This document shows, one piece after another, positions 27,581 through 37,900 of a stretch of DNA of 64,000 nucleotides. Position 1 is the stretch's first letter; each line of letters starts with the position of its first letter. The DNA is from Blasia pusilla. Its lineage: Eukaryota. Location of the stretch: positions 40,548,001 to 40,612,000 of the forward strand of contig CM114271.1 of the NCBI GenBank assembly GCA_050084515.1, in the 5' to 3' direction. The position numbers and the translations under genes are program-made. The notes under the pieces are model-generated. The model was given only the letters and a program-made list of their open reading frames with translations, had not been told where the DNA came from and did no database searches.

Positions 27581-27922
27581 GTGACTGAGCAACGTCGTAT
27601 GAGATCGCGATAGATCACAGCGGTTGCGTTGGTGAGCCCCATGCCTACCGAGACGGTGGAGGTAGTGGTTGGGGGCGAGACCCGAGGAGATCGGGAGAGA
27701 CACCCTTGGACTTCTTGGAATGTTTTGCAGGTACGCAAGGAGATGATAACCACAACATCAAGCGTGGCTTCGGGCACTGCACATGGAGGAGATCAGAGTT
27801 TGCAGTTGGCTGTAGGAGAGCGGCCGAGTGTTGTTGTTCGAGACGGGGTTGCACCATAGCAACCACCGATACCCATGCAGGAGAGTCCTACCGTAGTCAC
27901 GATGGAGACTTAGGAGCCAGAT

Positions 27923-30841
27923 ATGGGCCCTAAGTTGACAGGAGGAGAGCGGCGCCAAATACATCAATTCCTCAGGAGTTATAGGAGCTGCTTTGCGTTT
28001 AGCATGGAGGATTTGGGTACGCTGAAGGGACCGGGGATCCACATTGAGTTGTCGAGTGATACGCCGATCTTCCGACGACCCTACAAGTTTAGTGATATGG
28101 AGAGGGCTCTGATTCAGAGTAGGAGCCAGGACTTGGTTAGAGCTGGACTAGTGGAGATGTCGCATGGGGAGTATGCATCTGCCACTGTCATGCCTGCCAA
28201 GAAGGATGTGCATGGCAACTGGATGGATAGGCGGATGTGTGAGGATTACCGACCTATCAATCGGCAGACAAAGTCCGATAGGTATGCCATGCCCACCCCT
28301 GAGGAGATCTTTGATGCGATTGGTCACGCAAAGGTCTTTAGTTCATTATATTTGCAAGCCGGATACCATCAACTGCCTATCAGATTGGAGGACAGGCAGA
28401 AGACGGCATTTTGGGGCATCAATCCTCACGGGAAGGATTGTTTGTACCAGTGGAGGTTCTTACCATTTGGGTTAAAGAACGCCCCGACTGAGTTTCAGAG
28501 GGTCATGGATAGGATCTTGGCTGGTTTGGACTTTGCTAGGTGTTATATTGATGACATCGTAGTCTTTAGCGCCACGGTTGAGGAGCATGAGCGACATCTA
28601 GAGGAGGTGTTTCGACGATTGCAATTACATGGGCTGAAGCTACATCCAGGCAAGTGCAAGTTCTTCTACAACCAGATTGAGTACTTGGGTCATACGATAT
28701 ACCCAGGGGGCCTTGGTGTTCAGCAAACGAAGGTAGAGGCTATCTCATGCATTCCAAGCCCTACAGATGTGAGCCGTGTTCGTGCATTCATGGGATTGGC
28801 GAACTTCTATCGGCGATACGTCAAGGGATTCAGTTCGATTGCGGAGCCACTGACCTTGCTGACCAAGGTGGATCACGAGTGGCACTGGGGGGATGAGCAG
28901 GAGCGAGCATTTCAGTTGCCCAAGGACATGTTGACGTCTGCGCCCATCTTGAGGAGACCGATCAGGGGGCGTCCTTTCCAATTGCACACAGATTGGAGCA
29001 TGTTGGGGCTTGGAGCGGTGCTCACCCGGCATGATGATGAAGGTAGAGAGTTCGTGGTGGCTTACGCTAGCCGCTCGAACAACGCTGCAGAGGCAAAATA
29101 CAGCTCGTATGAGGGTGAGTGCTTGGCTGCGGTGTGGGCTGTCGTGCATTTCATGTGTTACATACTTGATAACCCCTTTACCATCATCATTGATCATCAA
29201 CCACTGAAGTGGTTGATGGAGTCCGACAAGCTTACAGGGAAGCTTGCGAGATGGGCTCTGTTGTTGCAGGAGTATGATTTTCAAGTGGTTCATAGACTTG
29301 GGACGCTCAACCAAGATGCAGATGGGTTGAGTTGTAACCCATGCTCGAGTCAGCGAGATGCGACTGGAGCTCGATGGCATGGAGAGAGTGATGAGGAGTC
29401 GATGCTAGGATGGCACGCGTCAGCCTATTTAGGCATGTTGGCTATGGAGAGCCAGAGTGTGGAGACTTCGATGGCGAGGTCTAATGGAGAGTCCTTGGAT
29501 CCCAAGGCCAGTGAGGAGACAACAAGGGGCCGAGATATTCATGATGATGGAGTAGTCTTGGAGTACCTTCGTACTGGCAGCGTTGCGAGCACTGTGGGTA
29601 CTAGAGAGCGAGATCGGATCCTACAGCGGGCCAGACGGTTCCGTTGGGAGGGGACACATGTTTTGAGGGTTTGGGAGGATGGCAGAGTACGCATAGTGCC
29701 GCATCCTTTGCAGAGAGCACGACTAATGCAGCATGCCCACGAGGAGTTGGGTCACTTTGGGGTGAAGCGGACGTACAACTTGCTCCAGATTCAGTATTGG
29801 TGGCGAGGCATGGAGAGAGACGTTGAGCAGTTTGTTGCCAGGTGCATGGTGTGTGATTGGGTCCGAGCATCGTTCAATGCTCCGACTCCACAGTTGCATC
29901 CATTACCGATCATGGGCTTAGGGTATAGATGGAGTTTGGATTTTGCAGAACCTTTGCCTTTGACAGAGCGTCACAGTCGTTATGTGTTGGTGATGGTCGA
30001 GCACTTCTCGAAGTGGATCGAGTTGGTTGTATTGCTTGACAAAGTGAGTGAGGGAGTAGCTTCTGCCTTCCTTGACAGAGTGCTAAGTCATTACGACGCA
30101 CCGGCTGAGGTGTTGACAGACCAGGGTATCGAGTTTTGGGGTGAGTTCCAAGCCTTGTGTGATCAAGCGCTCATCGACCATCGCACGACTTCGCAAGATC
30201 ATCTCGAGGCGGATGGATTAGCACAGAGAGTTGTGCAGACGATGAAGAGGGGTTTACGCAAGTATGGCTTGCAGAGAGGTCACCTAGGAGATTGGGACCT
30301 CCAGTTGCCATGGTTGGTGATGGGATACAGATTCAGCAGGCAGGCATCCTTAGCGTCTTTTTCACCGTACTTGCTACTTTATGGCCGAGAGCCAGATTTA
30401 CCTGCGGCCATTCGTCGAGATGCTGGTGAGGTTATGGACCTTGATGACCTAGATGTATGGGTGCGAGCATGTTCTCAAAGGGCTGAGTTATTTCAGAGAG
30501 TGATGCCCATGGCGTTCGAGAACTTGGCGACTGCACAACATCGGGATACGTTGAGGTATGCGACTATTCGGGAGGGTGGTTATCGACCAACTATCGGGAG
30601 GTTTCATCAGGGAGATTATGTCTACCTGCAGCAAACGGCACCGACGACGTTGGATGTGACTGCAGGGCGCACTATCCTGAGAGTGCGTGACGTTTTGCCA
30701 TCCGATGTTCTCTTGCTAGAGGGACGCGATGGTATGGTATGGAAGGACCATGTGCATAATTGTGCACCATGTCACCTTCCTAACATTGATAGTACAGTGG
30801 ATCCAAGCTTAGTAGTAGTTCTGCAGGCTTGCGTTGTATGA
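27923..30841 (+). CDS. Gypsy pol ORF: reverse transcriptase, RNase H, DDE integrase (972 aa open)
   Basis: RMCEDYRPIN, LPFGLKNAP, CYIDDIVV, GKCKF...YLGH; RNaseH motifs; integrase HHCC, WSLDF, LTDQG, ADGLAQR (the expected E appears as Q). Confidence 0.92.
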   Translation: MGPKLTGGERRQIHQFLRSYRSCFAFSMEDLGTLKGPGIHIELSSDTPIFRRPYKFSDMERALIQSRSQDLVRAGLVEMSHGEYASATVMPAKKDVHGNWMDRRMCEDYRPINRQTKSDRYAMPTPEEIFDAIGHAKVFSSLYLQAGYHQLPIRLEDRQKTAFWGINPHGKDCLYQWRFLPFGLKNAPTEFQRVMDRILAGLDFARCYIDDIVVFSATVEEHERHLEEVFRRLQLHGLKLHPGKCKFFYNQIEYLGHTIYPGGLGVQQTKVEAISCIPSPTDVSRVRAFMGLANFYRRYVKGFSSIAEPLTLLTKVDHEWHWGDEQERAFQLPKDMLTSAPILRRPIRGRPFQLHTDWSMLGLGAVLTRHDDEGREFVVAYASRSNNAAEAKYSSYEGECLAAVWAVVHFMCYILDNPFTIIIDHQPLKWLMESDKLTGKLARWALLLQEYDFQVVHRLGTLNQDADGLSCNPCSSQRDATGARWHGESDEESMLGWHASAYLGMLAMESQSVETSMARSNGESLDPKASEETTRGRDIHDDGVVLEYLRTGSVASTVGTRERDRILQRARRFRWEGTHVLRVWEDGRVRIVPHPLQRARLMQHAHEELGHFGVKRTYNLLQIQYWWRGMERDVEQFVARCMVCDWVRASFNAPTPQLHPLPIMGLGYRWSLDFAEPLPLTERHSRYVLVMVEHFSKWIELVVLLDKVSEGVASAFLDRVLSHYDAPAEVLTDQGIEFWGEFQALCDQALIDHRTTSQDHLEADGLAQRVVQTMKRGLRKYGLQRGHLGDWDLQLPWLVMGYRFSRQASLASFSPYLLLYGREPDLPAAIRRDAGEVMDLDDLDVWVRACSQRAELFQRVMPMAFENLATAQHRDTLRYATIREGGYRPTIGRFHQGDYVYLQQTAPTTLDVTAGRTILRVRDVLPSDVLLLEGRDGMVWKDHVHNCAPCHLPNIDSTVDPSLVVVLQACVV

Positions 30842-30975
30842 TGTGTGGTTCTGCACGTGGTGCGGCCACGATGCTAGTATGTGATGGTTGTTCGAGAGGT
30901 TGGCATATGGCATGTCTGACGCCACCTCTCACTAGGGTTCCTCGGGGATGATGGATGTGTCCCAGATATACATAG
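30835..30975 (+). pseudogene. PHD finger at the integrase C-terminus (separated by a 1-bp frameshift, one internal stop)
   Basis: CMMCGSARGAATMLVCDGCSRGWHMACLTPPLTRVPRG*WMCPRY fits C4HC3. The last Cys is intact in the 23590-23730 copy (WMCPIC). Confidence 0.88.
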
Positions 30976-31161
30976 AGGAGATACTAGGTAGGTTTCGATC
31001 CCGAATTTTTCTCTGACATGGATGATAGGAAGGTGACTAACGATGGGACCACATGAGCACCCGGCCTTCTTGCTCTTAGCATCCGAGAGATGTATGTCAA
31101 GGTAGGTAGGGATAGATGGCTATCTAGAGTTAAAGGGACCTAACCACTTGCTAGGGGGGCG

Positions 31162-31934
31162 ATTGGAGATATTTTGGTACTTCTTGTCTCGTTGTTTGGA
31201 TGCCATGAGTTAGCATGGGATCGTGCGTGTTTGTGTGCGTGTTCGGTGATAGCGATGTATGTTGTGTAGCGATGTGTATGCGCACGACAACTGTCACGTC
31301 TTTTAGGATAGATAGGTGAGATCTAGTAGAGCGTCTTCAAGAGTAGTGGAGAACAGGCATAGGAGGTCGAAGATGACCTGCTGAGGCCCCAGGAAACCTG
31401 AGAGAGCAGGTTTCCCCTTCATTTTGGCTCATTTGGAGCCATATTGAGGAACTTACTGTTTTAGGTAAGTACCATTTTAAGTATACGATCGACTTTATAT
31501 TTTTGGTAAGTGGCCCTTGACCTCCTTCATCAGGTCAAGAGCCAAGGAGGTGACTTGGGAGAATAGGTTACCATGGAGAGAGCTTGGGAGAGGGGAGGGG
31601 TATATATCCCAAGGAGAGAGAGCTTGAGAGCTCATTCTCTCTTTGTTGAACCTCTTGGCATGAGGCGGCGGAGCTATGGTCCCTTGCCTTGTGAGTGTAA
31701 CCCAAGCCTCTCATTAGGTGAGTGGGTTTAGTTTGACATGAGAGAGAGTGCACACCTTTGAGAGCTATGGTGTGAGATTGTGTAGAGAGCGATTGGATCT
31801 TACTTTATTGGAGATATTTTGGTGCTTCTTGTCTCGTTGTTTGGATGCCATGAGTTAGCATGGGATCGTGCGTGTTTGTGTGTGTGTTCGGTGATAGCGA
31901 TGTATGTTGTGTAGCGATGTGTATGCGCACGACA
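31162..31934 (+). repeat. R-L-R terminal structure: 128-bp direct repeats R1 31162-31289 and R2 31807-31934 flanking L (31292-31806)
   Basis: R1 and R2 differ at 2 of 128 positions. R1 follows a G-rich tract (TAGGGGGGCG). The R1/L junction is GACA-AC-TGTC. Confidence 0.93.
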
Positions 31935-34900
31935 ATGCCAAACGGGCACCATCTCCTCATCACTCTCTCCGTGCCATCGAGCTCCAATGTCATCTCTCTG
32001 ACTCAGACATGGGTTACGACTCAACCCATCTGCATCCTGGTTCAGCCGGCCTAGCCTATGAACCACCTCAAACTCATACTCCTGTAGTAACAAAGCCCAC
32101 CTGGCAAGCTTTCCCGTAAGCTTGTCGGACTCCATCAACCACCTCAACGGCTGATGATCAGTGATAAGTGTGAAAGGGTTGCCGAATAAATAGCACCTGA
32201 AATGTGCCACGGCCCACACTGTAGCCAAGCACTCTCCCTTGTAGGAGCTGTACTTTGCCTCTGCAATGTTGTTCGATCGACTTGCGTAAGCCACAACGAA
32301 CTCCCTCTCCTCGTCATCCCTCTGAGTAAGCACTGCTCCTAGACCCAACATGCTCCAATCCGTATGTAACTGGAATGGGCAACCCCTAACCGGTCTCTGT
32401 AAAATGGGTGAGGACGTCAACCTGTCCTTAAGCTCTTGAAATGCTTGTCCTGATCATCTCCCCACAACCAAACCTGATCAAGTCTCATTAACAAGGTCAA
32501 AGACTTTACGATCACACTAAAACCCTTGACATACCGTCGATAGAAGTTCGCCAGTCCAAGAAATGCTCGGACTCGACTCACATCTATAGGGCGTGGAATA
32601 TGCCCAATAGCCTCTACCTTCGTCTATTGAACACCTAACCTACTCGGGTATATGGTGTGTCCCAAGTACTCAATCTGCTCCTGAAAGAATCTGCACTTGC
32701 CTGGATGTAACTTCAGTCCATGTAACTGCAATCGCCAAAACATCTCCTCCAAGTGTCGCTCATGCTCCTCAACCGTGGAACTGAAGATAAGAATATCATC
32801 TATGTAACATCTTACAAAATCCAAGCCAGCCAGAATCCTATCCATCACTCTCTGAAACTCTACAAGCGCGTTCTTCAACCCAAATGGTAAGAACCGCCAC
32901 TAATACAAGCAATCTCTCCCGAACCGATCTATCCCCTGAATCGTTGTCTTCTCCTCGCCCTCCAACTCCGATAGGAAGCTGATGATAGCCAACAGGGAGA
33001 TCTAAAGTACTAAAGATCTTTGCATGCCCTACTGCGTCAAAGATCTCCTCAGGAGTAGGCATGGCATATCGATCTGACCTCGTATGTCGATTGATAGGAC
33101 GGTAATCTCCACACATCCGCCTATCCGTCCAATTGCCATACATATCCTTCTTCGCCGGCATGACTGTGGCATATGCATACTCCCCATGTGATAACTCCAC
33201 AAGTCCTGCCTCCAACAAGTCCCGACTCCTGCTCTCAATCAAGGCTCGCTCCATATGAGAATACCTATAGGGTCGACGAAAGATCGTCGTCTCACTAGCC
33301 AACTCAATCCGTATCGCGGGACCCTTCAGCATACCCAAGTCTCTCATACTGAAGGCAAAACAACTGACATGCCCTCTCAGAAACCTATGAACTCGCCGTC
33401 GCTGTCCTCCTATCAACTTGAGACCTATCATAGGCTCCCAAGTCTCCATCGTGACCTCACTTGGAGAGGACGCAACCTCCGGCTTTGGTTGCTATGTAGC
33501 AACCCTAGCCAACTCCGCAACAACCACTCCACTCTGACCTCCTACACCATGCTCCACATCCAAAAAATAACATGTGCTACTCTAGCCGCCTTCGCACTCT
33601 CTTCTCGAACGACGTCCCAGGAAGTCTATGGGTGCCTATCTCTCCTCGTCTCGCCCCTAGCCAATGCCTGTACAAGCCCTGTAGGCAATGGTCCAACTTG
33701 TGGACGTGACGGCATGGATGACACTTGCATCCGTCTCTGCTCAACCATACCTAGGCTGACTATCCATGTGAGAGAGTTGAGGTCCATCGCCTGCCCCAAC
33801 ACCTATCTCCGGGATGCCTCAATCATCCCTGGCACCACCATGGTATGGGTAGCGAACCCCATGGCGCGCTCGCGCTCCTCTGCTGTAGGCTCCTTCAATG
33901 CTCCGGTCACCTCATCCCAAATCATGCCTGGCCCTCCCTAACGAAAGGCATGGGATGCTGGGAAGCTCACCAACGTAGGTAAGGCTGCCCTCAATTCCCC
34001 CACCCTATTGGCCATGGCCAACGATGGTCTATCATCCCGTGTCACCACTTGAGATCGACGCCCTGAGCCCAAAATAGCATCCATTGTGAGATGTGGTGCT
34101 CTCTAGACTCCATCGTATGCTTGACTCAATACCTCTGATGGTATCAGGTTCGTCCACCATAGTCGTGGACGATGGGCACATGATCCAACTCTCGCCGCAT
34201 CTAATAACACAGCAGGTCCCAACCAAGACCTCACCTGATACACACTCGTCATCACACGTGCACGAGTGTCTCCCAACAACGGCACGTTCTCCAAGATGTA
34301 CGTTGGAGAACATGTCTGATTCTCCTGCAAGTGTCGTACTACTCGCAACATCTCCCAAAACATCCCTGACCTCGGATCCTGCAATCCAAATCCTCGGCCT
34401 GCTGATGAATGACCCTGACATGGCCATCCAAAAATCACCAAATAAATGGTGCCAACTCTATCTAGATCCTACGTCCCCCCCAAAGAGATGTCGGCGGGTA
34501 GTGTATGTTGATATCCACGTACTGCATATACTGGCAACAACTCATGATTCCTCTGAACCAATCTCGCCACATGAGGTAATGATACTCGCCGCGTGGTCTC
34601 ATCTCTCTCCACATAAAGGTACTAATGCACCCGTATGCCCGCCTGCAATACTGCAGCCAATCCGGTGTTAATCCCTCCGAAGAGATCTAACACCCTAACA
34701 CCCTCTTCTGGGCACTGCCACACAGCGGGTGTGGTATCTAGTGGGGAAAACGTCTCCACTCCAAGAGCCTGATCGCCACGTGACTCTCGCTTCTCCGGGA
34801 TAAAAGCATGACTCCACGCCTGCCTCACGAGGTCGTCGGCACTCCTCTGTAGCTCTCGAGTCGTACCCCACAATGGTGAAGAGGTCTCGCCAACATGGGA

Positions 34901-37900
34901 AGAGACACCCGCCATGACCTGTCTCTCCGTGGGACTATCTGCTATTGGGACATGCTCCGCATGTGCGTTCCCCTCCAACAATTCTCCTGGCCAGCTAACA
35001 CTTCCTGTGAAAGCCGCCAACGTGGTCACACACTCGCCTCGTGATCGACCACCTTGTCCCGCAAACTGCACGGGTAACTGACTCATCCGGCCGTCACCTG
35101 ACCGCCACCCTGGCCGATAAGCAACGGTCTCCTCCTGGAAGTCAAGGATGAATCCTAGGGACACAACACTGTACTCCCCACCAACACATCGTAGGACTCA
35201 GTTGGTGTCGTAATCGCACGTGTGCGCACCATAGCACTATCAGTCTCATGCTCTGGCTGGACTCTGACAACTATCTCCTGTTGAGTCATATACTACGTGG
35301 GTGACACGCCCCCAATCAAGGTCTGTATCTGGAAGGGACAAGGCTCAATGTTGGCCTTCTGTAACCCCAACGCTAAACACGCCGCCTTCCCTAACATCAA
35401 GGGTTGCACTCCTGAATCAAGTAGGATGCGCTGCGGGTGGTATACTGTCCCTGTCAGACTAACCAAGCAAAATACTCAAGCTCGATTATCCAGTAACACT
35501 ACTCCAGGTGTCACCACTCCTCGTTCTATGGCCGGCCGAGTTGGCATATCTACCAACTTCGCCGCCGCCGCATGCCATGACTCTGTGGGGAACGTCCCGA
35601 GCACCGACTCTGAGGGCAAGTCCACCACCTCCTCAATTACCTCTGAACAAGAAGCAATCATCTCTCCACACTCACACAACGTGGCGGCCAGCCGGAACAC
35701 CTCAGCTGGTCCAACTCCCAACGTCGCCAACTCTATGGCGGAAAAAAGTGGAGTCTGACTCACTCTGGTGGCCACCTCCAACACTATGGTCGACACTGAC
35801 TCTACTCAAGCCGGCATAGGAGTTGTCACTCCAACTCCTTGTGATGTCGACGTAGGTGCTTGAGCTGTAGGCACCGCTGGTTGCCGAGGCACCATCGATG
35901 GTGTGTGTAGTGCCTCCGACAATGTGAAGGACTGTGGAACTCTGGCCTGCCGCCCATCGGTCCTCTCTCGTGGGTCAATCTCAACTCCACCTCTCGATGG
36001 CTCGGTGCCTCTTGCAGCACCCGGAGTCACCACTGCAGCTGCCTCAACCTGGGTTGCACTACACATAAACCCCATACTGGCGAGATCCTCACCCGAGTCA
36101 GGGTAAGAGGTAGAAGCTAGAGTCACACTAGCTGCTCGCAGCACCGTGCCCTCCCTAAGCTGCATCATCGTCATGGCAGCAATCCTCTGCTCCAACTGAT
36201 CGATGCGTGAGAGAAGTGCCGGCTCTGGTGCTCCTGCTCCATCTCCTCTGGCTAGTGGTGGTCCTCTACCACCACGTCCAGGAAGGACTCCCCGACCTCC
36301 TCTACGACGACCACCCCCAGGCCCTCGGCCTACTTTTGGACGTGCCCCTCGGCGAAGGTCAAAACATCTATCCCTAGTGTGACCATATCTGTGGCAATAG
36401 TCACACTGGTGTTGTGGTGGGGCCATCCTCTGTGGCTCCTGAGCAATGGTGGTCGTTGGTGGTCCTCTCCCATGCTGTGGGCAGTCTCTCTGCCTATGGG
36501 CCCCTCCACACATCCAACAAGACCACATCGGTCCCTGTTGGGCAACATATGTAGGTACGGGTCATTGCCTCATAAGCTCACGGTACCCGCCCTGCTCTCT
36601 GGGCACACCGGCCCGCTCTCGTGGTACTGGTGCTCGCTGTGGCACCTGTGGGGTCACCGTCGCTCTTGGACCCGTCGACTCTCGAGAAAATCTAGCGGTC
36701 ACTACCTGCTCCTCACTCATGTTGAGCTCAATACGATCAGACAACTCAAAGACCACCTTCAATGTGGGCTTCGCTGTGTGAATCAGCACAGCATGTCGGA
36801 CTCTCCTCCATAGTTCTCGGTCCGTAACCCACCAATCATCGGACTCGATCGCGCCTCGATCACTCCATACGTAGCAATGATCAGCCTCCTCATGCATGTG
36901 AATGCCTCTCTCAAACTCTCACCCGATCGTCGCTGAAAATCCTGTAGACTCTTCAGCTTGTCGGTGCGTACGCCCTGGTAGCTCTTCCCCAATGGTCGGA
37001 AGAACTCCATTGTGGGGCTGAAGCTGGGTGGCCCTCTACCACCAGAGGTCTCTGCCACATCACCTGTCTCACTGACCTCCTCTCCATCTAGTCGTAGGGC
37101 TGATGGTGTGGGTCTCTCTCCTCTCACAATTCCATCATATGCCTCGCGACCACTAGTGGACACATACCCTGGAGCCCAATACATCCTCCACGCATCGATC
37201 TCTACTCAATATAGTGATCGAAACTCCATGTAGTCATCCATCGGAGGACCCTCCAAGTGCTGGAACAACCCCTTCCATGCCATGAAAGGGTTGAACCGTG
37301 TCAGGGTCCGTATCTCCTAGAAGTCGCACCACGTTTCTAACTCCTAGATAAAATCATCTAAGTCGATGGTGCCCACTACACCCGAGAAATGACGCATGCC
37401 CCGATGGCCCATGTCGTCCATCTCCTGCCAAGTACTACTGTCTCTGTCTGCGATCTCGTCACCAGACCCAGTGTCTAGTGATGACGATACAACCACGGAT
37501 GGATGTCGAGGTAGCTCCTCACTGGTAACCCCTCGGTATCTCACTCCACTCCGTGTCACACCACTACTATTGCTCACACTACCCCGTTCTTCCGAACCTT
37601 AGAAGAACGCCGTGATGACAAACCCTTTCTCACCCGCTCAAGCACTCAAACTCACCGAGAGTCTCCCACACACCTCACTAGCTCACCTATGCTAACATCA
37701 ATCCCGTGATGACATACCCGGCCTCACGCACACTCAACACTCGGGCTCACCATGAGCCTCCCAACTGACTCACCTAACGTAGCGACACTCTCTCGGGTCA
37801 TACACGCGACCCCTACTCGGCAACCGCCGTATATCCACCAACATGCTACACATGAATAGAATCTACACTCGTCACCATCACTGCACCCACCTACCACCAA

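Larger units (their letters stand above)
25261..31934 (+). mobile_element. Ty3/Gypsy-type retroelement copy 1, 5'-truncated: protease-C5 DNA methyltransferase-RT-RNaseH-integrase-PHD with R-L-R 3' terminus
   Basis: VLLDSA (protease site, DSG in the sister copies); complete C5-MTase motif set; RT with YIDD; RNaseH (LHTDWS..GLGAVL, DHQPL, DADGLS); integrase HHCC (HEELGHFG...CMVC) and D-D-E core; PHD; ends ...GCACGACA at 31934. Confidence 0.95.

Noticed and set aside
31162-31934. R-L-R read as an independent TRIM with 128-bp LTRs, or as a CRISPR-like repeat
   Set aside because: The R-L joint occurs at the same position after the PHD in three diverged copies, so it belongs to the element. There are only two repeats and the context is eukaryotic, so it is not CRISPR.
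33255-34671. + strand ORFs of 228 and 192 aa
   Set aside because: Antisense shadows of the copy 2 DNMT/RT region.
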